Origin: Leucoraja erinacea
Taxonomy: Eukaryota
NCBI RefSeq assembly: GCF_028641065.1
Contig: NC_073414.1
Span: 620,001 to 684,000, forward strand
Length of the DNA stretch: 64,000 bases
Direction: 5' to 3'
Within the stretch, counting starts at the first letter, position 1, and the number at the start of each line of letters is the position of its first letter. This document shows, piece by piece, positions 52,007 through 64,000 of the stretch. Below the pieces are notes generated by a model. That model saw only the letters and a list, made by a program, of their open reading frames with translations. It was not told the origin of the DNA and ran no database searches. Position numbers and translations under genes: made by a program.

Positions 52007-53063
52007 GTAAGTGTTGCCTTCAGTTCCCAGACAGAGCAACAGGGGAAATTGACCCAGCCATTCCAGCCTGTTTCACCTGCACTTCAAGTCCTTCACGCTA
52101 CCTTGTTAACCCTCAGCTTCCTCATCCAAGGGAAGTTTAATTTAGAGATACAGCGTGGAAACAAGTCCTTCAGCCCACTGAGTCCACAACGACCAGCAAT
52201 CGCCTCTACATTCATTCTTTTCTACACACATTGAGGTCCATGAACGATCAAGGTGGCTTATGGGGTCAAGGGCAGGTCATGACTAGCTCTTACCCAGCTC
52301 TTATAAATCTAGAAGACTCGAGCAGTCGGGACTGCAGAATGCCTCAGCTCAGAGACCTGGGTTCAATCATGACCTCGGGTGCTGTCTGTGTGAAGTCAGT
52401 CATAGTGATACAGCGTGGAAACAGGCCCTTCGAGCCCAACTTGCCCACACCGGCATACAATGTCCCAGCTACACTAGTCCCACTTGCCTGCGCTTGGTCC
52501 ATATCCCTCCAAACCTTTCATATCCATGTACCTGTCTGTTTCTTATACGATGGGATAGTCCCAGCACAACTATCTCTGGGGTTTGGATGCTCTGGTTTCC
52601 TCCCACATCCCAAAGACTTGCAGGTTTGTAGGTTACTTGGCCCTCTGTAAATTGCCGACTGTGCAGGGAGTGGATGAGAAAATGGGATAATATAGAACTA
52701 GTGTGAACGGGTGATTTCTGGTCGACATGGACTTGGTTCATTAAGTGTACCCTGCTATTTAATCATAGTTGATCTATCTTTGCCCTCTGTGCTTGTGCTC
52801 TTATCATATCCGGACATTGCATGGAGTGAATTAAGTTAGGCTAAAGTCTTGCCTGTGATTGTGGGGATGTGGGGAAGCTTAGTTTATTCAACACCTCTGG
52901 CTGCGTAGGATTCCCAGTGAGGGCTGTGGTGGACGCAGGAGACCACAGATGCTGGAATCTTAAACTCAGCGGGTCTGGGTCAAAGGGTCCCAACCTGAAA
53001 CGTGAGTTGTGGCAGTTGGATCATTGAAGGTCCTCGACACTGACGGCACTGTTTTTTCTCCAG

Positions 53064-53166
53064 TTACCGAGCAGACACGCAGACGTATCAGCCATACAAC
53101 AAGGACTGGCTAAAGGAGAAGATCTACATCCTTCTGCGTAGACAAGCCCAGCAGGCAGGGAAGTAG
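53064..53166 (+). CDS. ERH: ERH exon 4 to stop (104-aa protein)
   Basis: tctccag|; [36 protein letters not shown]; candidate ATTAAA at 53752. Confidence 0.96.
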
Positions 53167-55820
53167 TTGGGTCCTGCCACCTGCACCAACCTTTGTGTTT
53201 TGTAGTTCACAGATGTTCCTCTTCAGGTCTTGGGTGCACCTGAGTGTACTGATTCTAGATCTGCAGTATTTTTGTAGAAATCATTTTGGATTTGTTTTTC
53301 CCTCTTCCCCAACCATCCGTTAGAGGCATTTTCTTACAGAAAATCATGCATTGGTGTTTTAAAACAAACCATATTAAATGCAGTGAAGGCCCTGTCTTGT
53401 TCTGGCCACCCCAGATACAGGTAATAACATCCAAAGCCTTTGTTGCTTTTGTCTTTCATGGAAGGACCACCACCATTTTCTTGCTAGTTGTCTGCTCACA
53501 CCAGCAGTTTTCTTGCTTGCCAGAGAATTAGTTGTTGGTGGTTTTGCAAACACTTTTCTGTAATGTCCTGTTCACACAGTGGCAAGTCTAAATTTGACTG
53601 TTTAGAAAAAATGCTCTTTGGATTAAATGCGCTTCTTAGAAGACTGAAACCTAGCGGGGAGCGCACTGTTTCTGCTGGACTGATGTCTGGTTATCTGGTA
53701 GTTTTTGTTTTTGCTTTCTCTGGTTGCATTTATGATTTCTTTTTGTTGCAGATTAAAGATGTTTTAATATTGAAACTTCATTGAATTGCTTTCAGTTCTA
53801 CATTGCTGTGGGAAAGTGGAGAGGGGTTTGGGGCTGGGCGGACACCTGTGACATAATGTTGACCAGTAGTTCAGAGTCCATCTGCATTTCTGGACGTTTG
53901 TTCAAGTTTCCTCTGCACACTTAATGGTCAGTTAAGTGCACGTGTCTCTCCTTGAGAAAAGAGTGGCTACAGTTTTGTTTGTGGGTGAAAGATCCATTGG
54001 GTCTTGTCAAGATGGCAATGTGACTGACATGTGTTTATCTCGGATCCTTTAGTATTTCTTCAGAATGAAAAGTGATTTAAACACGACACTGAAATAATAT
54101 TCCCAACAGTCAACATAATGTTTATTCAAACAATTCTGCATATTCTCAAAGAAATATGTGCTTGGAGCATCAGTGGGGTTTCACCTAATGATTGTTTAAA
54201 ATATATTTTACCCACAAACAAAACCTTAACTCCATAAAATTGTAACACATCAGTGCTTATAACTTGTATGTTGCCCAGAGGCAGAAATGAGGTCAAGAAT
54301 CAGATGCCAGACAGATCTCCACTCCTCGCATCACAATTCTCCAACATAAATGTAAACAGACATTGTGTGTGCAGTATTTGTACACATACTTATATACAAA
54401 TGAAAACTAAACACTGGCAAAAAAAAGGTTAAAAACACATCCGTTGCAATCTTCTGGTAACCAATCAACTACCTATTGGGTTTGGATCTTAAACTAAATA
54501 TACAACAATGTACAAATACAAAATGAAGAGATTACTGACGCTTCCATTCTTGATTTAAGTTTGGAGACGCAACAACAGAGATTTATTAGTTTGAGTTTTT
54601 GCTCAATAGATGAACATTGTGCAGCTTGCTAGCACTGTGAGTTGATCGTGCTGTTTCACAGGCATTTGTATTTGACCATAAACCCTGACTATCATCAAAC
54701 GTGCCTGAGACTACTCTGGTCTAAATGTATTTCCAGTCTCGTTTGGATCAAATGTTCTCTAAATGTGGCCTGCCTTTTTAGCTACTATGAACGTTAACCG
54801 CTGGCATTATTTACGTTTTTCATTTTTTCCAAAGAGTTCTACTTTAACATGCCCAGGGCATCTTGGGAGTAGTTCCTATGGGTGGCAGCTTAATAGCATA
54901 AAATATTCTGTAAATCTCGTAAATTCTCTAGTCGCATAACAGAACAGAATAGAAGGAATGAAGGGACCATAGGACGTGATGCTCAGTTGGACTTTTGTGA
55001 AGGTAAACAGGGTCATATTTAACACTTTTCTGCAGCTCCCTATAAAAATATGTTACATTTTGCATTGCATTGACTTGGCTTTCTGTTATATACCACACAG
55101 CTGGGCTGTTTTTTCAAACAAACGGTCAGTTTCAGCTGCTTGTCCCACTCCTAGATGCAAACCTGGTCCGAGGGCACCAAGTTTAATGTGTTTTAGGACA
55201 GCCAACTTTAACATAGTCTGTCAACCCAAGATGGGTTTGGTCAAGGATCTCAGTGATTGTCTAGTTAAAAAGCATCTGCTGTCTGTAATTCCAGATGACC
55301 TGATGCTGAGGGACATCAGGTAACGTACACCCTCAGCCACAGGTTGTTTAAAACAATTCACATTTCCTTCAAATATATCAATCTTAAAACACTATCAAAT
55401 AGTTTGCATGAACAACTCCAGCAATTATTATTAACCACTGGTAAAATAATGAAAATATCACCTTTCTGTCAAAAATACTTAAAAAATGCAAAAAGTGAAT
55501 AAAGGCAAAGGAATTTTCTGGGCAGGTTAAAATGGGAATGTTATGGTTCTGCTCAGTACATCAGACTAAAAGAGGTATTGGGTTTAATTTGTGGTGGGTC
55601 AACTCTTGTTGGAATGTATGGGGAGGAGGGGGGCACATTGGTGGAACCGTGCATCTTGCAGGGACTAGGCTGTACATATCAACACTGAGCAGCAATGGGC
55701 AACATCCAGGTATTTCTATCCCAGTGTCTTCAGCCCACAGCGTCCATCGGTACCAACCAAGACAAGACACTGCTTCTCACCCCTCCATAGCCTCGTGTAT
55801 CTCTGCCAGGTGCTGATACT

Positions 55821-56004
55821 CTAAGGTGTGCTGATGTTCTGTAGATTGTTTGGATTGAAGACCACAACAGTCTCCACTGGTTCCTCCTTTATCTCAGCCT
55901 TCAAACGTATTCTCGATCGCTTCATCTCCGCCTGTCGTTCTTGCTCTTCCTGTTGCCTGTGGCATTTCATGTGAGCATTCCGACTTTTCACTTTATCAAA
56001 TACT
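55821..56004 (-). CDS. ZNF541: ZNF541-like (TRERF1/MIDEAS family) last coding exon, second half of a C2H2 finger
   Basis: atttcag|; VFDKVKSRNAHMKCHRQQEEQERQ...EIKEEPVE...ISTP TAG; minus-strand AATAAA at 54121-54126. Family is clear, paralogue assignment less so. Confidence 0.75.
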
Positions 56005-57254
56005 CTGAAATAAATGTGTGAACACCCAGGGTAAATATCTACGTTCTTGGTTTACAGCTGATTATTGTCTCTACACCAAAAATAACCAACGTACCATTGC
56101 AGATCAGGCCAATGTTAAATAAGTACCACTCTACACATCAGGCCATCAGCCAGTCTTAGTTTCCTGTCATCTGGGTGAGTGAGTTCTACAGAGTCATCAT
56201 GGCACAGTCCACTTTGACACCGCAAGTCTCTGCTTATTCAATACCCCTGGCGTTCCTTCAATAAGAGCAAATCCTCTGAACTTTCCCACACACCTCATAT
56301 CCCCTTTTATCTCCCCTCTTTCCCCTTCCACCCATATCCTTCCCTCTGGCTTTCCATTTCTCTACTCATGATCTGACACCCTTTTGTCTCCTGTTCACCT
56401 CCAGTCTTTGTCACTTATTCCACCCATCTGCAATCTCCCCCCTCACCTGTATCCACCGATCACTAGCCAGTCTTTGTACCCCCCCCAACTCTTTCTTTAT
56501 TCCATCCCACCCCCCAATCAGTCTGAAGGGTCCCAATGCAAAATGTCCTCTGCCCATCTTTCTCCGCAGATACTGCCCGACTCGCCTGTCACGGTTTTTG
56601 TTTATTTTTTAGAGACAGCATGGAGACAGGGATTGTTCAATTGCTTCTAAGTCACAAGGTTGTTGGTTCAAATCCCAGGTTGAAAGGATCAGCACAAAAG
56701 ACAAGGCAGATCTTAAGCCAAAAGCAGCATCGACTAAAAACTGCAGACGCAGGCCAGTCGCTGGCCTCTAAAAACACAACCAAGCCTGTGTCATCCACTG
56801 ATTAAAGGGCAAACTCGGTTAGTGCTCGGTCATGCAGTGGTTTAGTGTAGAAGCAGACCCCTTGGCCCACCATCTGCCTGCCTATCATTGTGTCTGTCTA
56901 CACTAATCCCACGCCTACATTATTTCCACGTCCCTCTGCCCTGTTCAGTCAAGTTGCTGTCCAGATGTCTCTTATATCTGTTCCTGCCTCCTCCTCTGGT
57001 GGATTCCAGATACTGTGTGTTAAACATTTAAAATTCCCTCTAAACCTCCCTCCCACCTTAATCCTGTGCCCTCTAGTTTTAAGAATATTTCTTATACCTC
57101 TATCCTCTAGCCTCTGCTCTACAATGACGACCAATCCCTCCTGATAACTCAAACCCTCCGATCCAGGCGACATCTTTGCTGCACAATCACAGCTGTTGAC
57201 TAAAACCTCGTACTTCCCTTTCAATCAGACTCCGCCACTCACACTTGTACCTAC

Positions 57255-57421
57255 TTGCTGCATTCTTTACACGGGAAATTGCCGATGGTGGGTTTTTTCT
57301 CGTTCTTGTCCTGGACTCCTGCCGGACACTGAACAGATGGGGACGAGCTGGACTTAGCACGAACCACCTTCTTCCTTGTGTTCTCCCGGTTTGCGCTTCT
57401 CTGGTAAGGAGCGCTCAGATT
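57255..57421 (-). CDS. ZNF541: ZNF541-like exon, first half of the C2H2 finger
   Basis: ttcacag|; NLSAPYQRS...KSSSSPSV...GNFPCKECS(K); AA|gtagg phase 2 matches the next exon. Confidence 0.75.
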
Positions 57422-57561
57422 CTGTGAAGCTAAGCATGACTAAGGGTGGAAATAACAGATGAAAATATCTGACGACAACTTGCTCTGATAAAATGTTACC
57501 AGTAATCATCAATGTTACTCCAGCTACTTTATAGGAAAAGTAAACATCCTCGAAGGCTTTA

Positions 57562-58035
57562 GGTCATAAGGAATAGGAGTAGAATTAGGCAATTCGGCCT
57601 ATCATGTCTACTCCACCATTCAATCATGGCTGATCTATCTCTCCCTCCTAACCCCATTCTCCTGCCATCTCCCCATATCCCCCGACACCCATATTAATCA
57701 AGAATCTATCTCTGCCTTAAAAATATCCACTGACTAAGCCTCCACAGCCGTCTGTGGCAAAGAATCCCACAGATTCACCACCCTCCGACTAAAGAAATTT
57801 CTCCTCATCTTTTTCAGAAAAGAGCGTCCTTTAATTCTGAGGCTATGACCTCTAGTCCTAGACTCTCCCACTAATGGAAACATCCTCTCCACATCCACTC
57901 TATCCAAGCCTTTCACTATTCTGTACTTTTCAATGAGGTCCCCCCTCATTCTCATTCAACTCCAGCGAGTACAGGCCCAGTGCCGACAAATGCTGTTCAT
58001 AGGTTAACCTACTCATTCCTGGGATCATTCTTGTA
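57562..58035 (-). mobile_element. CR1-clade LINE 3' end
   Basis: MRGDLIEKYRIVKGLDRVDVERMFPLVGESRTRGHSLRIKG...RNFFSRRVVNLWDSLP plus 3' tail. Confidence 0.88.
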
Positions 58036-58669
58036 AAGTCAGTTCCAGAAGTACCATTCCTTCACTCACTTGCTCAAGCAAGTACCTGTCCAGTTCTCTG
58101 TATATTCATTGTTTTACCTATCTGCCTCTTCCAACACTTTCATTATTGATCTGGCATCTTCCCTTGTAATATTCACCTCTATAAACCTCTCGATGAAGAG
58201 GCAGTGGGTCTGATAGTACTGTAGTCATAGTCATACAGTACAAACACAGGACCTTCAGCTCATCGATCAAGCTGACTGTTGTACCTGTACTAATCAGCAT
58301 TGCCCACATTATGTCCATGGCCTTGTGTGCCTGGACTATTTGTGCTGATCTAAATGCCTTTTAGATGTTCAATGTATATAAGCCAATTCTATTGCAGGGC
58401 TCCCACTCGGGGGTGAAAGGCACACATTAGAATAGAACTGAAACCAACTGTGCCATCAGCTTCATGTAGGTAAAGTCTGCAAATGGAAATGTAAAACCAG
58501 CGCAAACGCTGCAGCACATCAAGGACGGGGAGAATCACCTGTTAGAGTAACTGCTTCCAATTTGTCCATGGTGGTGAGGAGGGTGTGACTGCAAGTGAGG
58601 CAGGCAGGGGAACAGAGGTAGCGACAGTGTTAGAGGAGCCTCAGCCCTTGAGCTTGTCAAGCAGGTACC

Positions 58670-59057
58670 AAAACACCCAGCAACTGGTAATGTCCATGAA
58701 TCGCAGACTTCAAGCAGTCATTGCATGCAAAAGGATATGCAACAAAATACTAACTTTAATTTACATGACATTGCTGTGTCCCAAACATTATGGTGCCCAG
58801 AAATGGGGGGACTGTGTAAAAACACTGCTGACATTTCTACATGGTGAAGCCAAAATGTATAAAAAATACCCTTTAAATAAAATCTGACAATGTGCACTTT
58901 AACTTGGCCACTCAAGAATTGACCATTATTTAGCTTTGAAAAACTCCTTTGTTGCTTTAGCAGTATGTTTGGGATCATTCAAATCTCAAATTATGGAGTA
59001 CAGAGGCAAATAAATAAATGATGGGTCTTTGTCCCAAACATTGTGGAGGGCATCGTA
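58670..59057 (+). mobile_element. Truncated, rearranged copy of the same Tc1 family
   Basis: Transposase C-terminus (TQQLVMSMNRRLQAVIACK) plus one TIR matching ~7960-8186. Confidence 0.9.
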
Positions 59058-59111
59058 TATTGCCCTGTCAGTAGCCTGGAGCTTTTCTATGGAAGTAAGA
59101 ATATTTCTAAC

Positions 59112-59264
59112 CGGCTTTTTGAATTCCTTTCCATCTCCAGCACTGTCAGTTTCACGTTTTATTTCCTCTTCCTGCAGCAGACGTGATCTCTTCCACTCAA
59201 ATTTTAGCTGCTTCTTCCAGGTGTAGTAATACTCTACACATTGAGCCACAGTCTTGTGTTTTAT
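59112..59264 (-). CDS. ZNF541: ZNF541-like exon, SANT domain C-part
   Basis: tttacag|; IKHKTVAQCVEYYYTWKKQLKFEWKRSRLLQEEEIKRE...FKKP; |gttag; 153 nt. Confidence 0.8.
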
Positions 59265-61565
59265 CTGTAAAAACAGCAAGCTCATGAATGTAGTAACTGA
59301 TTCAGAACAAGGCTGACTTTCTGATCAGCTACCTGGGGATTAGTACAAAGGGCATATTTCCTCTTTGGACTCCAATGTTTCTTGAGTTATGCAGTGGACT
59401 AAATCCCTAATAATGGCGGCAACGAGTAAAATCAGCCCTGTAATCTGTACCAAGAAACGCAGTGGTCACAGGGTGAAGGTGCAAACTCCACACAGACAGC
59501 AGCAGAGGCCAGAATTGAACCAGGTCTTTGGTGCTGTAATAGCGGCACCTACAACAACATTCTAGAGCAGCATGCATCAGCGGGATGCACTGACACCACC
59601 TGTGCCCATCTCACTGCTTTGTTGATCCCAATACCATGAGGAGCTCTCAATTTCAAACTGTTGCAGAATGAAATTGCATCTACACCACTCTCTCAAATCA
59701 CCAACCTATAAAAGTTAAGATAGACACAAGGACACATAAACCTATAATAATTTCCAAACATCCTTTAGAGAACAGCGGTGTGTTCTTGGAGCTCCAGGTC
59801 ACGGGTGCTAGACTGGGCAATCCATGCCCTGCAGTGTTTCATGCTGAGGTATTCAACTCATTTCACCACGGAACTTCCAGACGTTAGAAAGAGGTCAGGA
59901 GATAAAATTATATAGTGCTGGAGGAACACAGCAGGTCAGGCAGCATCAGTGGAGAGGGATTGATGAAGATTACTGACCCGAAACGTCACCAGTCCATTCC
60001 CTCCACAGATGCTGGCTGACCTGCTGAGTTCCTCCAGTACATTGTGTTTTTATCTCCTGACCTCTTTCTAACAACTGGAAGTTCTGTAGTGAAATGAGTG
60101 TGGATTGCCCAGTCGGGTTGCTCCAAGCACACGCCACTGTTCTCAATATGCTGAGTTCCTCCTGCACTTTGTGTTTTGCTTAAGATTCCAGTGTCTTCAG
60201 GTCGGGAGATATTATGTAATTAAGAAACAGCTGTATTTTTGAGTTACATTATACTTGCAGTTCAGCTGCTTCCCATCCAAACCCATATTGTATGCAGACT
60301 TCTAATCCCACAGCCTGGGTTGTTTCCAAAGGCAAGCTCCACAAATGGGCAACCACCTCTGCCGTGCTGCCCTCGCCAGTCACTAGGTGGCAGCAGCTAA
60401 CTATACCTCAGCATGAAGCTCTCAGTTACACACAAGACCAACTACTGAATCAAACTAACTCTCTTTACAAGTATGGAAACTTTTCCTGAGCTTTCAGTCA
60501 GGAAGAAAAATGTTTGTATTTTATATTCTTGCAATCTTTCCTGTTTGTTCTCAGTCCAGAAGCAGGGTACCGGCTCAAAGTCTCGACTTACCCCTTTGTC
60601 TCCACAGCTGAATTTGTCCAGCATTCTGCCTTTGTTCTAGATTCCAGCATCTGCAGTCCCTGTTGTCCCGCATCTTGCACAGATGCACAAATCCTCATGT
60701 AAGGGTCTCACCATCTGTTTGTTCTTACCTCTGTACATTCAATTCCATTAACTTTGAAGGCACTGAAAGAGCAGGAGTGAAGGCAACCAGATCCAACCCA
60801 TTTGGTGCTGTTGACTAAAGATAAACGCTCCCCGTCTCAAATACACCTGGGAGGTTGCACCAACAGCTTGGTATCGTCATGGTCCACAAGAGATATCAAT
60901 GAAATGATTTTCAGGGGCACAATGCAGGCTTACTGGGGAGGAATTCAGAGGTAAACCTCTCACTTACTTCAGTCTGAAGAAAGATCCTGGCCCAAAACGT
61001 CACCTACCTACGTTCTCCAGGGATGCTGCCTAACCTGCTGAGTTATTCCAGCATTGGGTGTCTTACTGTAATTCTTTTTAGGAAACCACAGTACTGTTAT
61101 AAATGGACTTTATGCAGGTAATTAATCAGGTTAGTGGTGCTGGCTGGGAAATGTACCTATACCAGGGGCTGGTACAACCATTCATTCCCTCTCTGGAGAC
61201 TCATGAGCTTCCTCATGATAAAGCCACAGAGCACAGAAACAGGCCCTTCAGCCCATGTCCATGCTGATCACGTTGGTCTCTAAATTAACCTCATTATCCC
61301 ATACTTGATCCATATTATTCTATGCCCTGAGCATAACACAAAGTGCCGGAGGGACTTAGTGAGTCTGGCAGCATCTGTGGAGGGAAATGGACAGGGATGT
61401 TTCGGATCAAGACACTTCTTCAGCCTGACAGTCTGCAGTCTCCTTATATGCCGGAGACATCGGTGCAAATTACCCTGTAAAATATCAGAATTAATGTTGG
61501 CAGAAGTTAGAGAGTTTCTACCTGTTTTTTTTACAGAGTGCGCTTGCTACCAGATATTCACTTAC

Positions 61566-61654
61566 CATCTTCTGCATCAGGAAGAAATCCTTGTTGTAAA
61601 GGCAAATTGCTTTATTGAACATCTTTTTCTCAGCTGTGGTCCACTTCTCAGTCC
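61566..61654 (-). CDS. ZNF541: ZNF541-like exon, SANT domain N-part; upstream exons presumably beyond the window
   Basis: aatttag|; (G)TEKWTTAEKKMFNKAICLYNKDFFLMQKM; |gtaag. Confidence 0.8.
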
Positions 61655-62639
61655 CTAAATTGAAGAGACATACTGAGAAACTCATCACAGAAACTAAAGG
61701 TAAGGCTGCAAGACTGCGGCAGAGTGTGCAAGAGGAAAGCTCTAACACTTCAGTATCCCAGCCTGCTGAATGCTGAAACGGGCTCCTGTTTAAGTGGCTT
61801 TGCTCTTACCCGTGTAGTGATAATCTCCCAGAGGATGTGCAAGGTCCCGTCTTGCATCTTTCATCAGTAATATATCCAGACCAGCCTGCAAGAAAGGGTG
61901 CTGGAAATAACATCAAGCCAGAACTGTGGAATATTAATGCACCTCATTGCAATTGCTCTGTAATTACTTACAAAGGTTAAATGCAGCATAAAAGAATCCG
62001 ATGAAGAAATTTGATATAAATGACGTTTCTTTAACATTAATACCAGGGATTCTCTGGGCTACACTACATCCCCATATCTGATCTGTAGAAGGTTTGTGTC
62101 TATCAAAGGAAGAACTGTGACATTAGACAAGGTGTGTTTAGAGCAATAACCAACCAAGAGGTCCAAGGCTGGAGGGGCCATAGTGGTTTGTTGGAGTGGC
62201 AAGGAATATGCAACTGTTATATTGTCCTGGCAGCACTCTGGGCAATCAGAGGCACCCTTGCAGCTCACATTATTAAGGTACAAATACAATCAAAGGCACC
62301 CTTGCAGAGAAGCAAAGTTTAAAGGAGATGTGCGGGGCATGTTTTTACACAGATGGTGGTGAGTGCCTACAACATGCTGTCAGGGATGGTGGTAGTAGAG
62401 GCAGGTGCAATAGTGGTGTTTCATAGACTTTTAGATAGGCACAGGTTCAGTTCAGTTTTATTTGTCATAAGTAAGTTAACACAGGGTCAACGGTACAATG
62501 AGATGTTTGACAAGACAACGGGTCACCTCAGCAATGATATTACAAGGATAAAATTAAGGTAAAAATAGATAAGATAAAACTGACATTGGTAGATAAAAGA
62601 CAATGATAAATAAAATCATCAACATATATGATGCGTTTG

Positions 62640-63870
62640 AGTTCAGCGGCCTAAAGGCATGATGATAAAAACTGTTCTTAAGTCTAGTGGTACATGCAGC
62701 CATGCATGCTCCTGTATTGTCTGCCTGACGGTAACAAGGAGAACAGTCTGCGTGCTGGGTGGCTGTGGCCCTTGATGATGCTGTGTGCCTTCCGCAGGCA
62801 CCACCTGTGAAAAATGTCCTGAATGGCCAGGAGACAGTTGCCAATGATGTGCTGTGCCGCCTTCACCACTCCCTGTAGTGATTTGTTGCTGTGGGCAGAA
62901 CAGTTCCCGTACCAGACTGTGATGCAGCCCATCAGCAGGCTCTCGATGGTGCAACTGTAGAAGTTTGTGAGGATGCTGGCGTTCATGCCAAACTTCCTCA
63001 GTCTTCTCAGGAAAAAGAGCCGCTGGCGGGCTTTCTTAGTTACTGTGTCCAGGTGCAGTGTCGTCAGTGATGTGCACACCAAGGAACTTGAAGCTGCTGA
63101 CCCTTTCAACCTCAGCATCACCGATGTGGATGGGGAGGTGACCACTCCCCTGCTGTCTCCTGTTGTCCACAATCATCTCTTTAGTTTTACAGACATTGAG
63201 GGAGAGGATATTTTCCTGGCAACAGCTGTTTAGTTCCTTTACCTCCTCTCTATAGGCCGTCTCATTATTGTCTGTGATGAGGCCCAGGAAGGTCGTGTTG
63301 ATGTTGGAGCTGTGCTTAGCAGTACAGTCGTGCGTGAACAGGGAGTACAGGTGAGGACAGAGCACACAGCCCTGTGGTGTGCCTGTGTTGAGGATCAGTG
63401 AGGAAGAGGTGTGGCTGCGAATTCTCACCACCTGGGGCCTGCCCGTCAGGAGGTCGAATATCCAGTCCAAGATTAAGGAGCTTGGGGACGAGTTTTGAGG
63501 GAATGATAGTGTTGAATGCCGAGCTGTAGTCAATGAAGAGCATTCTCACATATGTATTCCCTTTGTCCAGGTGGATGACCGCAGTGTGAGTTGCCATGGC
63601 GATGGCATCATCCGTGGCCCTGTTTGGTCTATACACAAACTGAAGAGGGCCCAAGGTGTCAGGGATAAAGGAGCAGATGTGCGTTTTGACTAGTCACTCG
63701 AAGCACTTCATGATGACTGATGTCAGTGCGACAGGACGGTAGTCATTTAAACAGGAGATTAATGGTTTATTTGGAACAGGAACAATGGTGGATGCTTTGA
63801 AGGGAGTGACTCAGGGGGAGGTTGAAGATGTTGGTGAACACCTCTGCCAGTTGATCAGCGCACGCCCAGA
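62640..63870 (-). mobile_element. Rex1/Babar-type LINE reverse transcriptase fragment, frameshifted
   Basis: [72 protein letters not shown] across three frames. Confidence 0.9.
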
Positions 63871-64000
63871 TGATGGAGGATATGCAGGATGATGTGCAGG
63901 CAAATTGTTGATCTCGGCATCAAATTCAGATCAGACTTTGTGTATTGCTCTATCTTCTTACACATTCTTGCTTTCTACTTTATTTCATGACCTTACCTAT

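Noticed and set aside
62044-62082. Possible extra ZNF541-like exon (ttctacag|...G|gtatt on minus)
   Set aside because: Peptide does not resemble the expected HPLxxYHYxG segment before the SANT domain and the donor is weak.

Overview
Eukaryotic, vertebrate DNA, most likely a cartilaginous fish (skate/ray-type HE1-like SINEs, CR1 and Rex1 LINE fragments), with four N-gaps. The ORF track is mostly noise because the genes are spliced. Reading splice sites by hand gives five protein-coding genes. (1) The 3' part of SAMD4B/Smaug2 (+, 10 exons, 3720-22492), followed by ~7 kb free of recognisable repeats. (2) MRPS12 (-, 36277-38844). (3) An intron-containing, catalytically degenerate hAT-transposase-derived ZBED gene with two BED fingers (+, 41471-45565), head-to-head with MRPS12 across a CpG island. 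(4) A complete ERH (+, 49801-53166) with three substitutions against the recalled human protein. (5) The 3' end of a SANT/C2H2 gene best matching ZNF541 (-, 55821-61654). Also present: a near full-length decayed Tc1/mariner element, a rearranged second copy, a tRNA-Pro relic and many short fold-back repeats whose consensus contains a hammerhead-ribozyme-like core. Gene names and family comparisons rest on recalled sequences, not database searches; repeat boundaries are approximate.
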